A stretch of DNA of 64,000 bases from Octopus sinensis (taxonomy: Eukaryota): the NCBI RefSeq assembly GCF_006345805.1, contig NC_042997.1:107074001-107138000 (forward strand), in the 5' to 3' direction. The number at the start of each line of letters is the position of its first letter. The stretch's first letter is position 1. The translations under genes were made by a program, and so were the position numbers. Below the pieces are notes generated by a model, which made no database searches, was not told the DNA's origin, and saw only the letters and a program-made list of their open reading frames with translations. Below are positions 39,401 to 50,062 of the stretch, piece after piece.

Positions 39401-40335
39401 AAACCCAGTTTTCAATTTACAGCTGTTAATACATGGTACAACTTCATGTCAGCCAAAATATTGTGGCATGAGATACAATGATGAAGTTATGTAGTTAGTG
39501 TGGGACTAGATACCAGATAACCACAGATAACTTCAGTTCATAAGAACAACATTTAACAATGCCCATGGTTTGGGTTTCAGTTCAACCACACATAGTTGCA
39601 CGTTGGGCCAAGTGCTTTCTACCACAAGCCCTGAACAATCAAGGCCTTGCAAGTGGATTTGGTAGGCAGAAACTGAAAAAATCCAGTTGTACACGTGTGA
39701 CCTTATCTAGACATCATCATCATACAAAGGTTATTTGTTTCTAGTTTTCCATGAAAAACATGGCTAGCTATCAAAAAATGTTACCTTGCTTGCAAACAGA
39801 CAAGAGATAATGACAAGAGGGGCATCCAGCAAAAGAAAATATGCCTCAACAAATTCCATCTGACTCATGTAAGAAATGAAAAGTGGACATTAAATGACAG
39901 TCACAATGATGACATGTACAACAGGTTTTATAGTTTCCAGCTCACAAATTCTTTCTCAAGGTCTTGTTTAGCCTGCATTTACTTGCCTATGGTGCCATGC
40001 AATAGGACTGAATCAGAAATCACACATTGCTGGCAACATCCTTCTAAATTTGAAATTTTAACCTGCCAAGGATAACTTTACATATTTCTTCCTCTGAGAT
40101 TTAAGGAAATTAGTATAAAAAAGAATATAGTCTATGTGGCCCAACGACATTAAACGACCAGAAAGAAATTGCTGACAACACAGCTAGTTATGTGGTACTA
40201 ATGAATTCAAAAACCCAGTTTTCAATTTACAGCTGTTAATACATGGTACAATTTCATGTCAGCCAAAATATTGTGGCATGAGATACAATGATGAAGTTAT
40301 GTAGTTAGTGTGGGACTAGATACCAGATAACCACA
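39401..40335 (+). repeat. 125-bp direct repeat (39401-39525 and 40211-40335)
   Basis: aaacccagttttc...gataaccaca occurs twice, offset 810, with one visible mismatch. Confidence 0.9.
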
Positions 40336-40631
40336 AGTGGGATGGTTGATAGATCAGATCTAGACAGCAAATCAAAATAAGAACCACTGAGGATATCAAA
40401 TAAAAAATTTCAAATGAAGATAAATAATCACTGTTGAACTGACAAACAACAGATTAGACAATTGACTCAGTTAAGGAAACAGCAGCTAAAACTATACAAG
40501 GCAGCATATTTTAACAGAAAAATAAAACCATACCAATATTCACAATCAGTTATAAACTCTTGAATAATCACCAAGAAGATTCACAAAATGTAAGATTTTT
40601 TTATATATCAGGTTTTTAAATAGAAACTTAC

Positions 40632-40803
40632 CGTCTAACCTTTCTCAACTAATAATTCAACTGTTTCAAACACCTGAATAGCAGCTCTTGGAATCATACC
40701 CATCATCTCATCTTCTACATTACCAACTACCATTGTATATGCTTTACCAGGACCAGGGCAGCCATATCCAAAGATGCAAAACATTATAGTCATTGAGTGC
40801 ACA
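40632..40803 (-). pseudogene. Kinesin-14/KIFC1-like P-loop exon, disabled
   Basis: tttcag|CALNDYNV, +1 nt, [28 protein letters not shown]..EKG*T|gtaag, against canonical [30 protein letters not shown]..KGW. Confidence 0.88.
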
Positions 40804-40982
40804 CTGAAATAATAAAGTAATATATATATACTCAATACAGAGATGGATGGAGGGGAATATAGATAGAAAAATCGATAGAGCACCAAACAAAATATCTTTG
40901 TGCTATTTAGTTATGTTCCCTTACGTTCCGAGTTCAAATATCACCCAAACCAAATGTATCTTTTGCCTTTCTGAGATTGATA

Positions 40983-42718
40983 CGAGGGGCGTTCAATAAG
41001 TAATGCCCCTGACCCACTTCCCATAGCAGTAGAGGAACGAAACTTGGCACAGTTATTAGTCTTTTCCTACATAGGAAGCACCCAGAGTTACGCATTTCTC
41101 CCATCGTTTGATGCAGCTCTGAAGACCGTTTTTGTAGAAGACCCCAGCTTGGTCCTCCAACCACGACGTGACTTCAGAAATCAAGGCTGCATCACCTGGG
41201 AAACGTTTTCCTTTCAAAAACAACTTCATGGCTGGGAAGAGGTGAAAATCAGAGGGTGCAAGGTCAAGAGAGTAGGGGGATAGGGGAGGAGTTCATAGCC
41301 GCACGCCTGTGCTTCTGATCTGGCGACACGCAAGTTGTGGACCGGAGCGTTGTCCTGCAGGAGGAGGATGCCTTTGCTGATCTTGCCCCGCCTCTTGATT
41401 TTGATAGCTTCTCTTAATTTCCTCAAAAATGAAGCATAATAGGCTCCTGTAATTGTGGTACACTTTGCCAGGAAATCTGTCATCACTACTCCATCCTGGT
41501 CCCAGAAGACTGTGAGTATGTCCTTGCCAGTGGAGGGCTGCACCCATGCCTTTTTTGGAGGAGGTGAGTCACGGTGCTTCCCTTGCATTGACTGGGCTTT
41601 GGTCTCTGGATCATAGTGATGGACCCATATTTCATCCTGTGCAATCAGTCTTTTGAAAAACTTTGACTCATCTTCTTGGCACATCTCCAAATTCATCCTC
41701 GAGCACTCGACGCGTTCTTGCTTCTGAAAAGGTGTGAACAACCTGGGAATCCATCTGGAAGACAACCTTTGCATATGCAAAGGGTCATGAATGATAGTTT
41801 CCACAGACCCGGTACTAATCTTGACCTAATGGGCTATTTGGTGAATAGTTATGCGCCATCTTCCAAAATGGCGGCCTCAACTTGACGGACAGATGCCTCA
41901 TCAATGGCAGAAGGGGGCGACCAGATCTGGGAGCCTTTTCCACAGAGTTCCGACCATGTTTGAATTCACGATGCCAGCGTTTTACAAGGTCATATGATGG
42001 GGCATCATCACCAGAATTTCTTCTCTTTATTATTTTTTTTTTTTTGCGAAATATGTACAAAAATACGGAGTTTATGATTCATGTGTGAGTGTGTGTTCTT
42101 GATACTCGTTTAGAACAAGTAGTTTTACACCAATTACACTATTTTTTCTTAGTTTAAAGGCCGTGGACTGAAGATGTGAAATTTCCGAAGCCTCTCCCCC
42201 ACCCCCCTTTCGCGAGCGCGCATTTTTTTCATGATAGTCGTTTAGAGCAAGTTGTTTTACACCTATTACGCTGTTTTTGTTTTTGTGCCCGGTTCAGACA
42301 CTTTCGGAAATTCCCGATATAAATTTTCCGAGGCCTCTCCCCCACCCCTCTTTCGCGAGAGCGCATTTTTTTTGTCATATTCGTTTAGAGCAAGTTGTTT
42401 TACACATATTACACACATTTTTTTTTGATTTTCTGATATGCGTAACGCCCTATATTAACCGAGTTACTTTCATTTCATCAAAAGTCTCCCATGGTGTGCG
42501 TCCTTTCAAATACAAAAAACGGATCACTGCTCGACACTCTAAAGGCTCCATTTCACACTTGACTAAGTTCAAACACCTGGAAATCAGAAACCACAATTAG
42601 TTCAGAGCTGTAATTCGCCATGTAATCCATAGAGATATGAATAATTGCACATGTAAAATTTCAGCAAGATCAATCAACTGCAAGTGGGTCAGGGTCATTA
42701 CTTATTGAACGTCCCTCG
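40983..42718 (-). mobile_element. Mariner (DD34D) transposon with both TIRs and TA duplication; transposase disrupted
   Basis: TA|cgaggggcgttcaataagtaatg ... cattacttattgaacgtccctcg|TA. ATG at 42551 gives MEPLECRAVIRFL, then WIPR, QDE, QDNA and YSLDLAPSDF after a frameshift. Confidence 0.93.
42014..42461. mobile_element. Unclassified ~450-bp insertion in the mariner ORF, with internal repeats
   Basis: Splits MKVT/(Y)GDDAPSY; tcgtttaga.caagt.gttttacac occurs three times (~42106, 42238, 42381). Confidence 0.7.
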
Positions 42719-42764
42719 TAAGTAGCAATCATCTTCTACATTACCACCTTGCAGGTACCTTACA

Positions 42765-43130
42765 TAGCTAGAAATAGATGTCAAAATCCCGAACATATCA
42801 TAGACAACTGTCTTCCATAGGTAGAAATAGCAGCCAAACCCGCACAAATCAAGGTCATCTCATATTCATAAAACAGAGAACAGACACAAAGAATTGAGAC
42901 GCCAAAAACCGAAAGTCTCCAGAATTAAAAGCATTGAATTGTTTAATACTTACGGAAATGATTCATAAAGGATAGTGTTGTTGTATATGTAGTAGTTGAG
43001 AAATGCATTATAATGCTTTATTTTGAGCTGAATTAAGAGAAACTCAGACGCCAGACATTTTACTGCAAGTCATCAAGAAGGCGGAAGCAGGTTCAATGCG
43101 CATGCGTCTCTCCTGTCCCGGAATATTTAA
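42765..43130 (-). promoter_or_regulatory. Paralog of the putative zinc-finger promoter/first non-coding exon at 55550-55990
   Basis: Colinear similarity by eye; minus-strand donor GTAAGTA at 42953, TGCGCATGCG at 43097-43106, CGGAAG at 43082. Confidence 0.55.
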
Positions 43131-43252
43131 TGCTGCAAACACTAATTTTTTGCGTGGAATCAAATACCTAGTTCTTTACTAGGATTTTTTCCTTTTGAAC
43201 GGCATATGTCAACACAATTTCTAGTTAACTAAACACTTTTAAATACCCTTCG

Positions 43253-43750
43253 GGCAATGTTTCGTTTGTAGTACCACACGTTTCCGTCGATTTCCGTAAA
43301 AAACTTTTATTTTTTTACATATGGCTTTGTGGGAATATTTGAAGTAATGAGAGCGAAAGAGACTAAGAGGAAGGGAATTTCTTTTTGAAGTCCCCGTGTG
43401 TGTGTTTGATGGGGTGTGGGAGACAGACAGTGCTTCTGTTAGTGTGTGCGAAGAGACAGAGAGAGTAATGTGTGAAAGAGAGAGATAACTGAAATTTTTT
43501 ACTCGGTGTATGTGTATATGTATGTGTGTGTGTGTATGTATCTATGTATGTGTGTGTGTATGTATGTGTGTATGTATCTGTATGTGTGTGTGTATGTATG
43601 GCCGATTCAGTGTAATTTTTTACTCGGTGTATGTGTGTGTATGTATCTATGTATGTGTGTGTGTGTATGTATGTATGTATGGCCGATTCAGTGTTTACAT
43701 TTTTTACGGAAATCGACGGAAACGTGTGCTACGACAAACGAAACATTGCC
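43253..43750. mobile_element. MITE with ~50-bp TIRs and internal (GT/GTAT)n
   Basis: ggcaatgtttcgtttgtagtac.acacgtttccgtcgatttccgtaaaaaa pairs with ttttttacggaaatcgacggaaacgtgtgctacgacaaacgaaacattgcc. Confidence 0.85.
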
Positions 43751-43774
43751 ATATGGCAATGTTTCGTCAAGTAC

Positions 43775-43949
43775 CCGGATTAAGTCGATTACATCGACCC
43801 TAGTGCGTAACCGGTACTTAATTTATCGACCCCGAAAGGATGAAAGGCAAAGTCAACCTCGGCGGAATTTGAACTCAGAACATAACGGCAAACGAAATAC
43901 GGCTACACATTTCGCCCGCCATGCTAACGTTTCTGCCAGCTCGCCGCCT
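43775..43949 (-). mobile_element. tRNA-derived SINE, same family as 33571-33779
   Basis: Reverse-complement match to the 33.6-kb copy. Confidence 0.85.
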
Positions 43950-43951
43950 TA

Positions 43952-44430
43952 GCGTGGAATCAAATACCCTGACCTCCTAACATACTGCAAACTTATTTTT
44001 GTTCGTAAAAAGGGGGTGGGTGGGAAACCGTCCCCCACCCCTTATTCCGGAATCATTGGAATTTTTTTTTCGTTGAATGAATTCCGGTAACCTCCTAATA
44101 TGCCGCAAAACCCTTTTTGGGGTCCAGAAAATGGGATGGGGTGGAAGCCTCGGAAATTTCCCCACCCCTACCCCCATTGATCCTTTCACCCGCACGATTT
44201 TCACTAAGAAAAAAAAAAACTCGGATTTTTTGCGTGGAATCAAGTACTTTACCTCCTAATATGCTTCGGAAAAAAAGGGGGGGAGTTGGGAAACCGGATC
44301 CCCCCATTCTGGAATCTTTGGATTTTTTTTTCGTTGAATGAATTCCAGGGACCTCCTAATATGCCACAAAACCCTTTTTCGGGTTCGGAAAACGGGGTGG
44401 AATGGAACTCTCGGATATTTTACCCATTCC
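43952..44430. repeat. Internally repetitive interspersed element (~275-bp period); related copy inverted at ~53735-53915
   Basis: gcgtggaatcaa.tac..acctcctaa and tttttttcgttgaatgaattcc.g each occur twice. Confidence 0.65.
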
Positions 44431-44569
44431 CAACATTTTACAGAAATACAATTTCCAAAGTGTGAGTTACATGGTTGGTTATTAAATATATAGAGAATGT
44501 GACATATTGTGTATATTTTACGCTGAATATATTTTTTCTGAAGTCGTAGTGTATGCATATATATATATA

Positions 44570-44871
44570 TCTTTATATATAAAACTGAAGTTGTGTGTGT
44601 ATCTGTCTACTCCGATTTAGATTCCTAATTACTCCCACATTTTGCGGTGCAGTTTAACCAAAAGCGGGTATCTTATAGTCGTGATTCATATCGAGCCCTT
44701 CTGGGAATTAGCGCGCGTCTATGATGAGTCTACGATTTTAAAAAAATTTACCATAATTTTTCCGCATTTTTAATGCATTTTTTGCTCGGTTTATATAAGG
44801 GAAGTAACTCTAAAAATGCTTATATAATTATTTCCTTTACAAATCCGAGCAACGCCGGGTGATACTGCTAG
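44570..44871 (+). mobile_element. Non-autonomous Helitron
   Basis: A|TCtttatatataaaa ... GC-rich ccgagcaacgccggg ~10 nt before CTAG|T; no TSD; inserted in (AT)n. Confidence 0.75.
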
Positions 44872-44954
44872 TATATATATAGTATGTACATATATATAGA
44901 CAAATTACTACTTACCTCTTTGCCTACCTATAAATGGATTAATTCTGAACAAAA

Positions 44955-45360
44955 TACACTTTTCTTTTTCGACAAATATATTCAGCTTTATAGCAGCGTT
45001 TTAGGGAAAGCAAAAGTCTTTCCCGCCCGAACTAATTTTTGTTTGAGGAGGAAAAAAGAGCAAAAATAAAATTTGTCTCTCTACAAAGAAGCAATTTAAA
45101 ATAAATATACTTTTATGCTTCTGATCTCTCTCACACACATACCAGTCTGTTAGGATGTTTTGTTTTTTTAAAGATACTTTATTTCATCATCAGAATATAT
45201 ATATTTTCTCACACAACTAAGGTATATTTATTTTAAATTGCTTCTTTGTAGAGACAACTTTTATTCCACCCGACCCCCACACAAAAATGAGTTCAGGCAT
45301 GAAAGATTTTTTTCTAAAATGCTGGTATAAAGCTGAAAATAGTCGAGAAAAAAAGTGTAA
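44955..45360. repeat. ~400-bp imperfect foldback
   Basis: Inner arms tctctacaaagaagcaatttaaaataaatatac and gtatatttattttaaattgcttctttgtagaga; looser pairing extends outward. Confidence 0.75.
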
Positions 45361-46312
45361 AAACTTTTCTCATGTGCAACTTTTGACATTTTTTTGCAAA
45401 ATGTGGTGGTGTGGAGGGTCCCTTCAGTTTTATCGATTTTTCTCCTAAATGTGGGTATCTCTAGGCATCAGTAATGCAGTAGTGACCTGCCTGGATAAAT
45501 TTGCCAGTTAATAAAAAAAAAAACATCAAAATCGGATGAAAAATGTGGAACAACTGGGGTGAAAAACCTTGGAGAAGCCACAAAAGCATCACAGGGGATG
45601 CAGCAATTGAATGTAAGCTGGCCCTAAAGCGTTTGACCTCATTGACTGGTTGAAATTGCCGAAATGCAAGAAATTAAAGACCAAATATCTTACAAACTAT
45701 AGAATTTTCTCAATAAAGCCAAGAGAAAAAGATGTTTTATAAACACATTCTACCAGTATACGAAGTTTTAAATTTTTTAGTTACCTAGAAATTATGTTAA
45801 AAATTTGCCGCTCAAAGTGAAAAGATCCGAAGAATGTAAAAAATTAGGAAGATTCATCTCTTTTTAAATATTTTATATTAAAAAATAAAACACACAAAAT
45901 GGGAACTCGTATCAGATATTATTAATGATACGAGGGGCCCAACAATAACGTTAGTGTAGCACACGCTGCTACTACGCGACAGCTATTCGCAAATACCTGT
46001 TCAGTGGTAGCAAGACGTGCTAGAAATACCAGCCAAATCGGTTAATGCTTACAAGTACACCAGCATGTCAACCCCCCATCACTTTTCTTTCTTTCTTTTC
46101 CAGCAGATTCCTGTTTTCGATCACGGACATTCCAATTATGCAAAAAAAAAATAATAAAATATCTCCCATTTTCAATTCCCTGTTCCTCACCAAATTTTTA
46201 CATTTTAACTTTTTTCAAAATAATTTCTTACTTCTTGTCTAATGTGGGCGCCAAGCAATCTTTTACATTGGTTCAGTTTAAACATGCCTTACTTTGGGTC
46301 CATGCAGTGTCA

Positions 46313-48060
46313 CATCATCATCATCATTGTTCGACCGTGGTCAAGACAATGGAATTTACCATGCTACGCCAGACTTCACGGTCCATCATGGCATTATGGA
46401 GGTCCTGTTGCTGGATGCCTGTATCCCTGGAGATTACATCAGGGTAGGAGAGTGTGCGCCCTCTGGTATTGCGAGTAGATGGCTTCCAGAGGAGAAGAGT
46501 AGAAATTACCTCTTTTTCAGCTCTACAACAATGTCCAGCAAACTGGACTCTCCTACCTTTCACAAGAGATGACACAGGTGGTAGTTTCCCATATATTTGC
46601 ATTTTGGTTGGATGGCGCTTCCACGAGAGATTTTGAGCTCTCATAAGGAGGCGAGTGTAGGTTCCATCCAACCGCCTCTCAAGCTTCTTTGATAACGTCC
46701 AGGTTTCTGAGCCATATAGTAGAATTGGTTCGACTGTGGCTTTGAATATTTCAAGTTTGAAGTCTCTACTTAGATTTGATGACCAGATCTTATGCATGAC
46801 ATTACAGGCTGACCAGGCCATACCCTTTCTAGTTAGAAAGTCTTTTCCAGATGATGATATGTATGACCCAAGATATTTGTAATCAGAAACCATATTTAAG
46901 GGCGTATTGTTGAGAGTATGGATGATGCAATCACTGTTGGACAGGCACTTGTTTATGTATTCAGTCTTGGCCTCATTGAGGTAAAGACCTACACAATTTG
47001 AGGCTTGTTCAAGAGATTGTAAAAGAGACTGGGCATTGAAGAGAGAATCACTGATAAGAGTGATGTCGTCAGCAAAGTTAGTGTTTGTCAAGTACTCAGC
47101 TGGGTGTCTGGAACTTCTTGGTTTTATTTCAAAGCCCTTGCCAGAGATGTTATCAACTGACATACGTAGCACATAATCAACAACAATGATGAAAAGAAAT
47201 GGGGAGAGTGTGTCTCCCTGCAGTATTCCAGCTTTGATTGAGAAAGATGATGTTTCTCCGTCAGGGGTTAAGATGGTTGAAGACGTATCTGTGTAGAGGA
47301 CTTTGATGGCAGAAATGATTTTGTCTGGTATCCCACAGAGCTTAAGGATTTCAAACATCTTGTACCTATCTACAGAATCGAACGCTTTAGAAAAGTCTAT
47401 AAATACCATTGCAAGATCGCGATTAAATGCTTTTGATTCTTCAATAAGTCTGTGTAGGCATAGTATCTGGCTCAGCGTTGAGCGCCCATGTCTGAATCCA
47501 TTTTGGTTCTTTCGGAGCAAAGGTTCAACAAAAAGGACAAGACGATTTAGGATCAGTTTGTTGTACAGTTTTGCAGCAATTGACATTAGAGATATACCCC
47601 TGTAGTTGGTGACGAGGGATAAATCGCCTTTTTGGGGTATTGGGATGATTTGAGATTAGTGCCAAATCTTTGGAGCGACAAAGGTGGAAAGTGTGTGGTT
47701 GCAGAGGTTGAGCAAAAGTGTGTGAAATCTATCATCCTTCCAAATTATAGCTGGGATGTTGTCGGGACCAAATGCTTTTGAGGCTTTTAGTTGCTTGGTG
47801 GCTGCTGTTAGTTCAAATATGGTAAAAGGGGAGGTGTTGATGTCCAGCGTGTCTGATATAGGCACACTTGGAAGAGTGGGGTTATCAGGGATTTTGGCAT
47901 TCTTCCCAAGGAGGTTTTTAAAATGGGTTGACCAATTTTCTAAACGCTTCTTAGCTGATCCCCCTTTAATTCTAATTGATGACCCAGAATTTTTGCCTGA
48001 TAGGTCTTTGATGGATTTCCAGGTGAGATGGTGTTTTTTACTAATGTGCTCTGTTGGATA
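46313..48060 (-). mobile_element. RTE-like LINE, 5'-truncated, with a 420-aa open RT ORF (46324-47586)
   Basis: QNGFR, FIDFSKAFDSV, GILQGDTLSPFLF, NFADD, YKYLGS, LLYGSETW; (GAT)n tail right after the stop; lesions at 47590-47660. Confidence 0.92.
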
Positions 48061-48212
48061 GTTTCACAGTGTCACAGGCCCAAAAAAACGTTCAACTTCT
48101 TGCCTAATGCGAGCCTAGAGCAATCTCTCATCTCTTACATTATTTCAGTATTACGTCTCTATTGTAATGTGAGACAATACTTTCAGTTTGAAAGAAGTCT
48201 GTCCTATATAGG

Positions 48213-48775
48213 ATATTCCTGAAGGGGTGTGTGGTGAGTTTGCCTTCCTACTTACTAGAACTTTGGTCTTTGCCACATTGACTCTAAGGCCTTTTGATTC
48301 TAAACCTAGCTTCCACACACAAAATTTCTTCTCTAGTACTGGTAGTGATTCTGCTACGAGGGCTAAGTCATCAGCATAGAGGATGTCCCAGGGGCAATCC
48401 ATCTTGAATTCCTCTGTTATTGCCTGGAGGACTATGAGGAATAAAAGGGGACTGAGGGCTGAATCTTGGTGGACCCCTACTTCTACCCAGAATTCTTCAC
48501 TATACTCTTTGCCAATCCTAACTTTGCTAATGGCCTCTCTGTATAGGGCCTGTATAGCCCTAATTAACCATTCGTCAATCTCCAGTTTCCGCAGATAAGG
48601 GATCGGGGGAACCCTGTCAAAGGTTTTCTCCAAGTCCACGAAAGCTATGTAGAGGGGTTTATCTTTAGCTAGGTATTTCTCATGCAATTGTCGAACCAGG
48701 AATATGGCATCAATGGTGCTTTTATTCGGCACAAAACCAAACTGCATCTCATCTAAGCAGACTCTCTCTCTGATG
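48213..48775 (-). mobile_element. RTE-BovB-like RT fragment, same family as 1-1540
   Basis: MQFGFVP.KSTIDAIF, FVDLEKTFDRVP, GVHQDSALSPLLF, LYADDL. Confidence 0.9.
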
Positions 48776-50062
48776 AGATGATATATGTTTGTTCATGTAT
48801 ATATACGTATGAACTGTATGTGACTGCTGATTATATATATATATATATATTTGAATGTGTGCATGAAAATCTATTTATATCCCTCTCCTTGCTTCTTAAG
48901 GATAATCCGTGATGCTCCTGATTAATATCTAATGGGAAATTCCTTACATCTTTACGTATGTAAATTGCAATGAGAAAATGAAATATGAGGAATCAACACT
49001 AAAAACATTTCTATTTTCCTGTTATACATATACACATATATGTACACAGCTGCATGTGTGAGTGAGTTCGTATATCCCTTTGTCCCCATTAATAATCACA
49101 GGTGTTGTTTACTTGTTTTGCACATTGTAACTATGTCTAGGTTCCTTGACGTGTACAGACATACTGTACGACCTTTGTGAATATAGGGTTCTTTGAAATG
49201 GTGTCTTCAGTTTCCAGTTCTCCTTATAACCATGTTAGGTCTGTCTTTTGCATGAGAGACTGGGAGATTTATTACTTGACTTGGAACAGACTAGGAAATC
49301 TTGCAGACAAGCTCTAAGTCTCAAATCACTAACTGCCAGCCTATGTTGTTAAGTTCATTCGTTACCTAGGAAGAACTGGACATTCACAAGTTCTCCTCTG
49401 TCTCCCCTGTTTTCTCATGAGAAATTAGCCAGTCTGGCTTGTGTATCACCAGATTCATAGTTGAACAAGAGGCTGGTAGGTTACCTCGAGTTCTGAAGTT
49501 AGTGTTGATAAAAACAGGCTGGGGTTGAGAATAAGAATCTCCTCCAAAATGTTTGTTCTCAATTTTATGAAAATAATCCTTATCTGGACATTTGAAAACT
49601 CATCTCTGTAAAGTTTAATTTAAAGAAACCATTATTGAAAAGCTAACAAGGAATCAGTCTGGTGTGGGGCACTAAACTGTACTTATGCCTCATGTTCTTC
49701 CTTTGTGTCTCTTCTGTTTTGTATTTGGGGGTCATTGTTTATGTACATATTTGACAACTTTACAATATTCCTGAGTATAAAATAATTAATAACTTATGTC
49801 ATTGTATAACGTATTTAATGAGTAAAGCATTTAAAATACAATAAACAATAAAATATGCTGTAATTACAGGATGCGATATTCAAGAAAGAATAAAAGAATA
49901 ATGTGTGGGGTTGTCAGGAGGAGGAGATTTGGTATAGAGGCCCTTACATCATGGAAAGGAAACTGCATAAACAAATGGAAAAAATCTAAAATTCTTGGAA
50001 ATACTTTCATCACAATTTACAACACAGGAATATTAAATATAGCAAACAAGAAACCATAGAAA

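Noticed and set aside
43506-43952. 148-aa and 97-aa Cys/Val/Met/Tyr-rich ORFs
   Set aside because: Translation of (GT/GTAT)n and SINE sequence.
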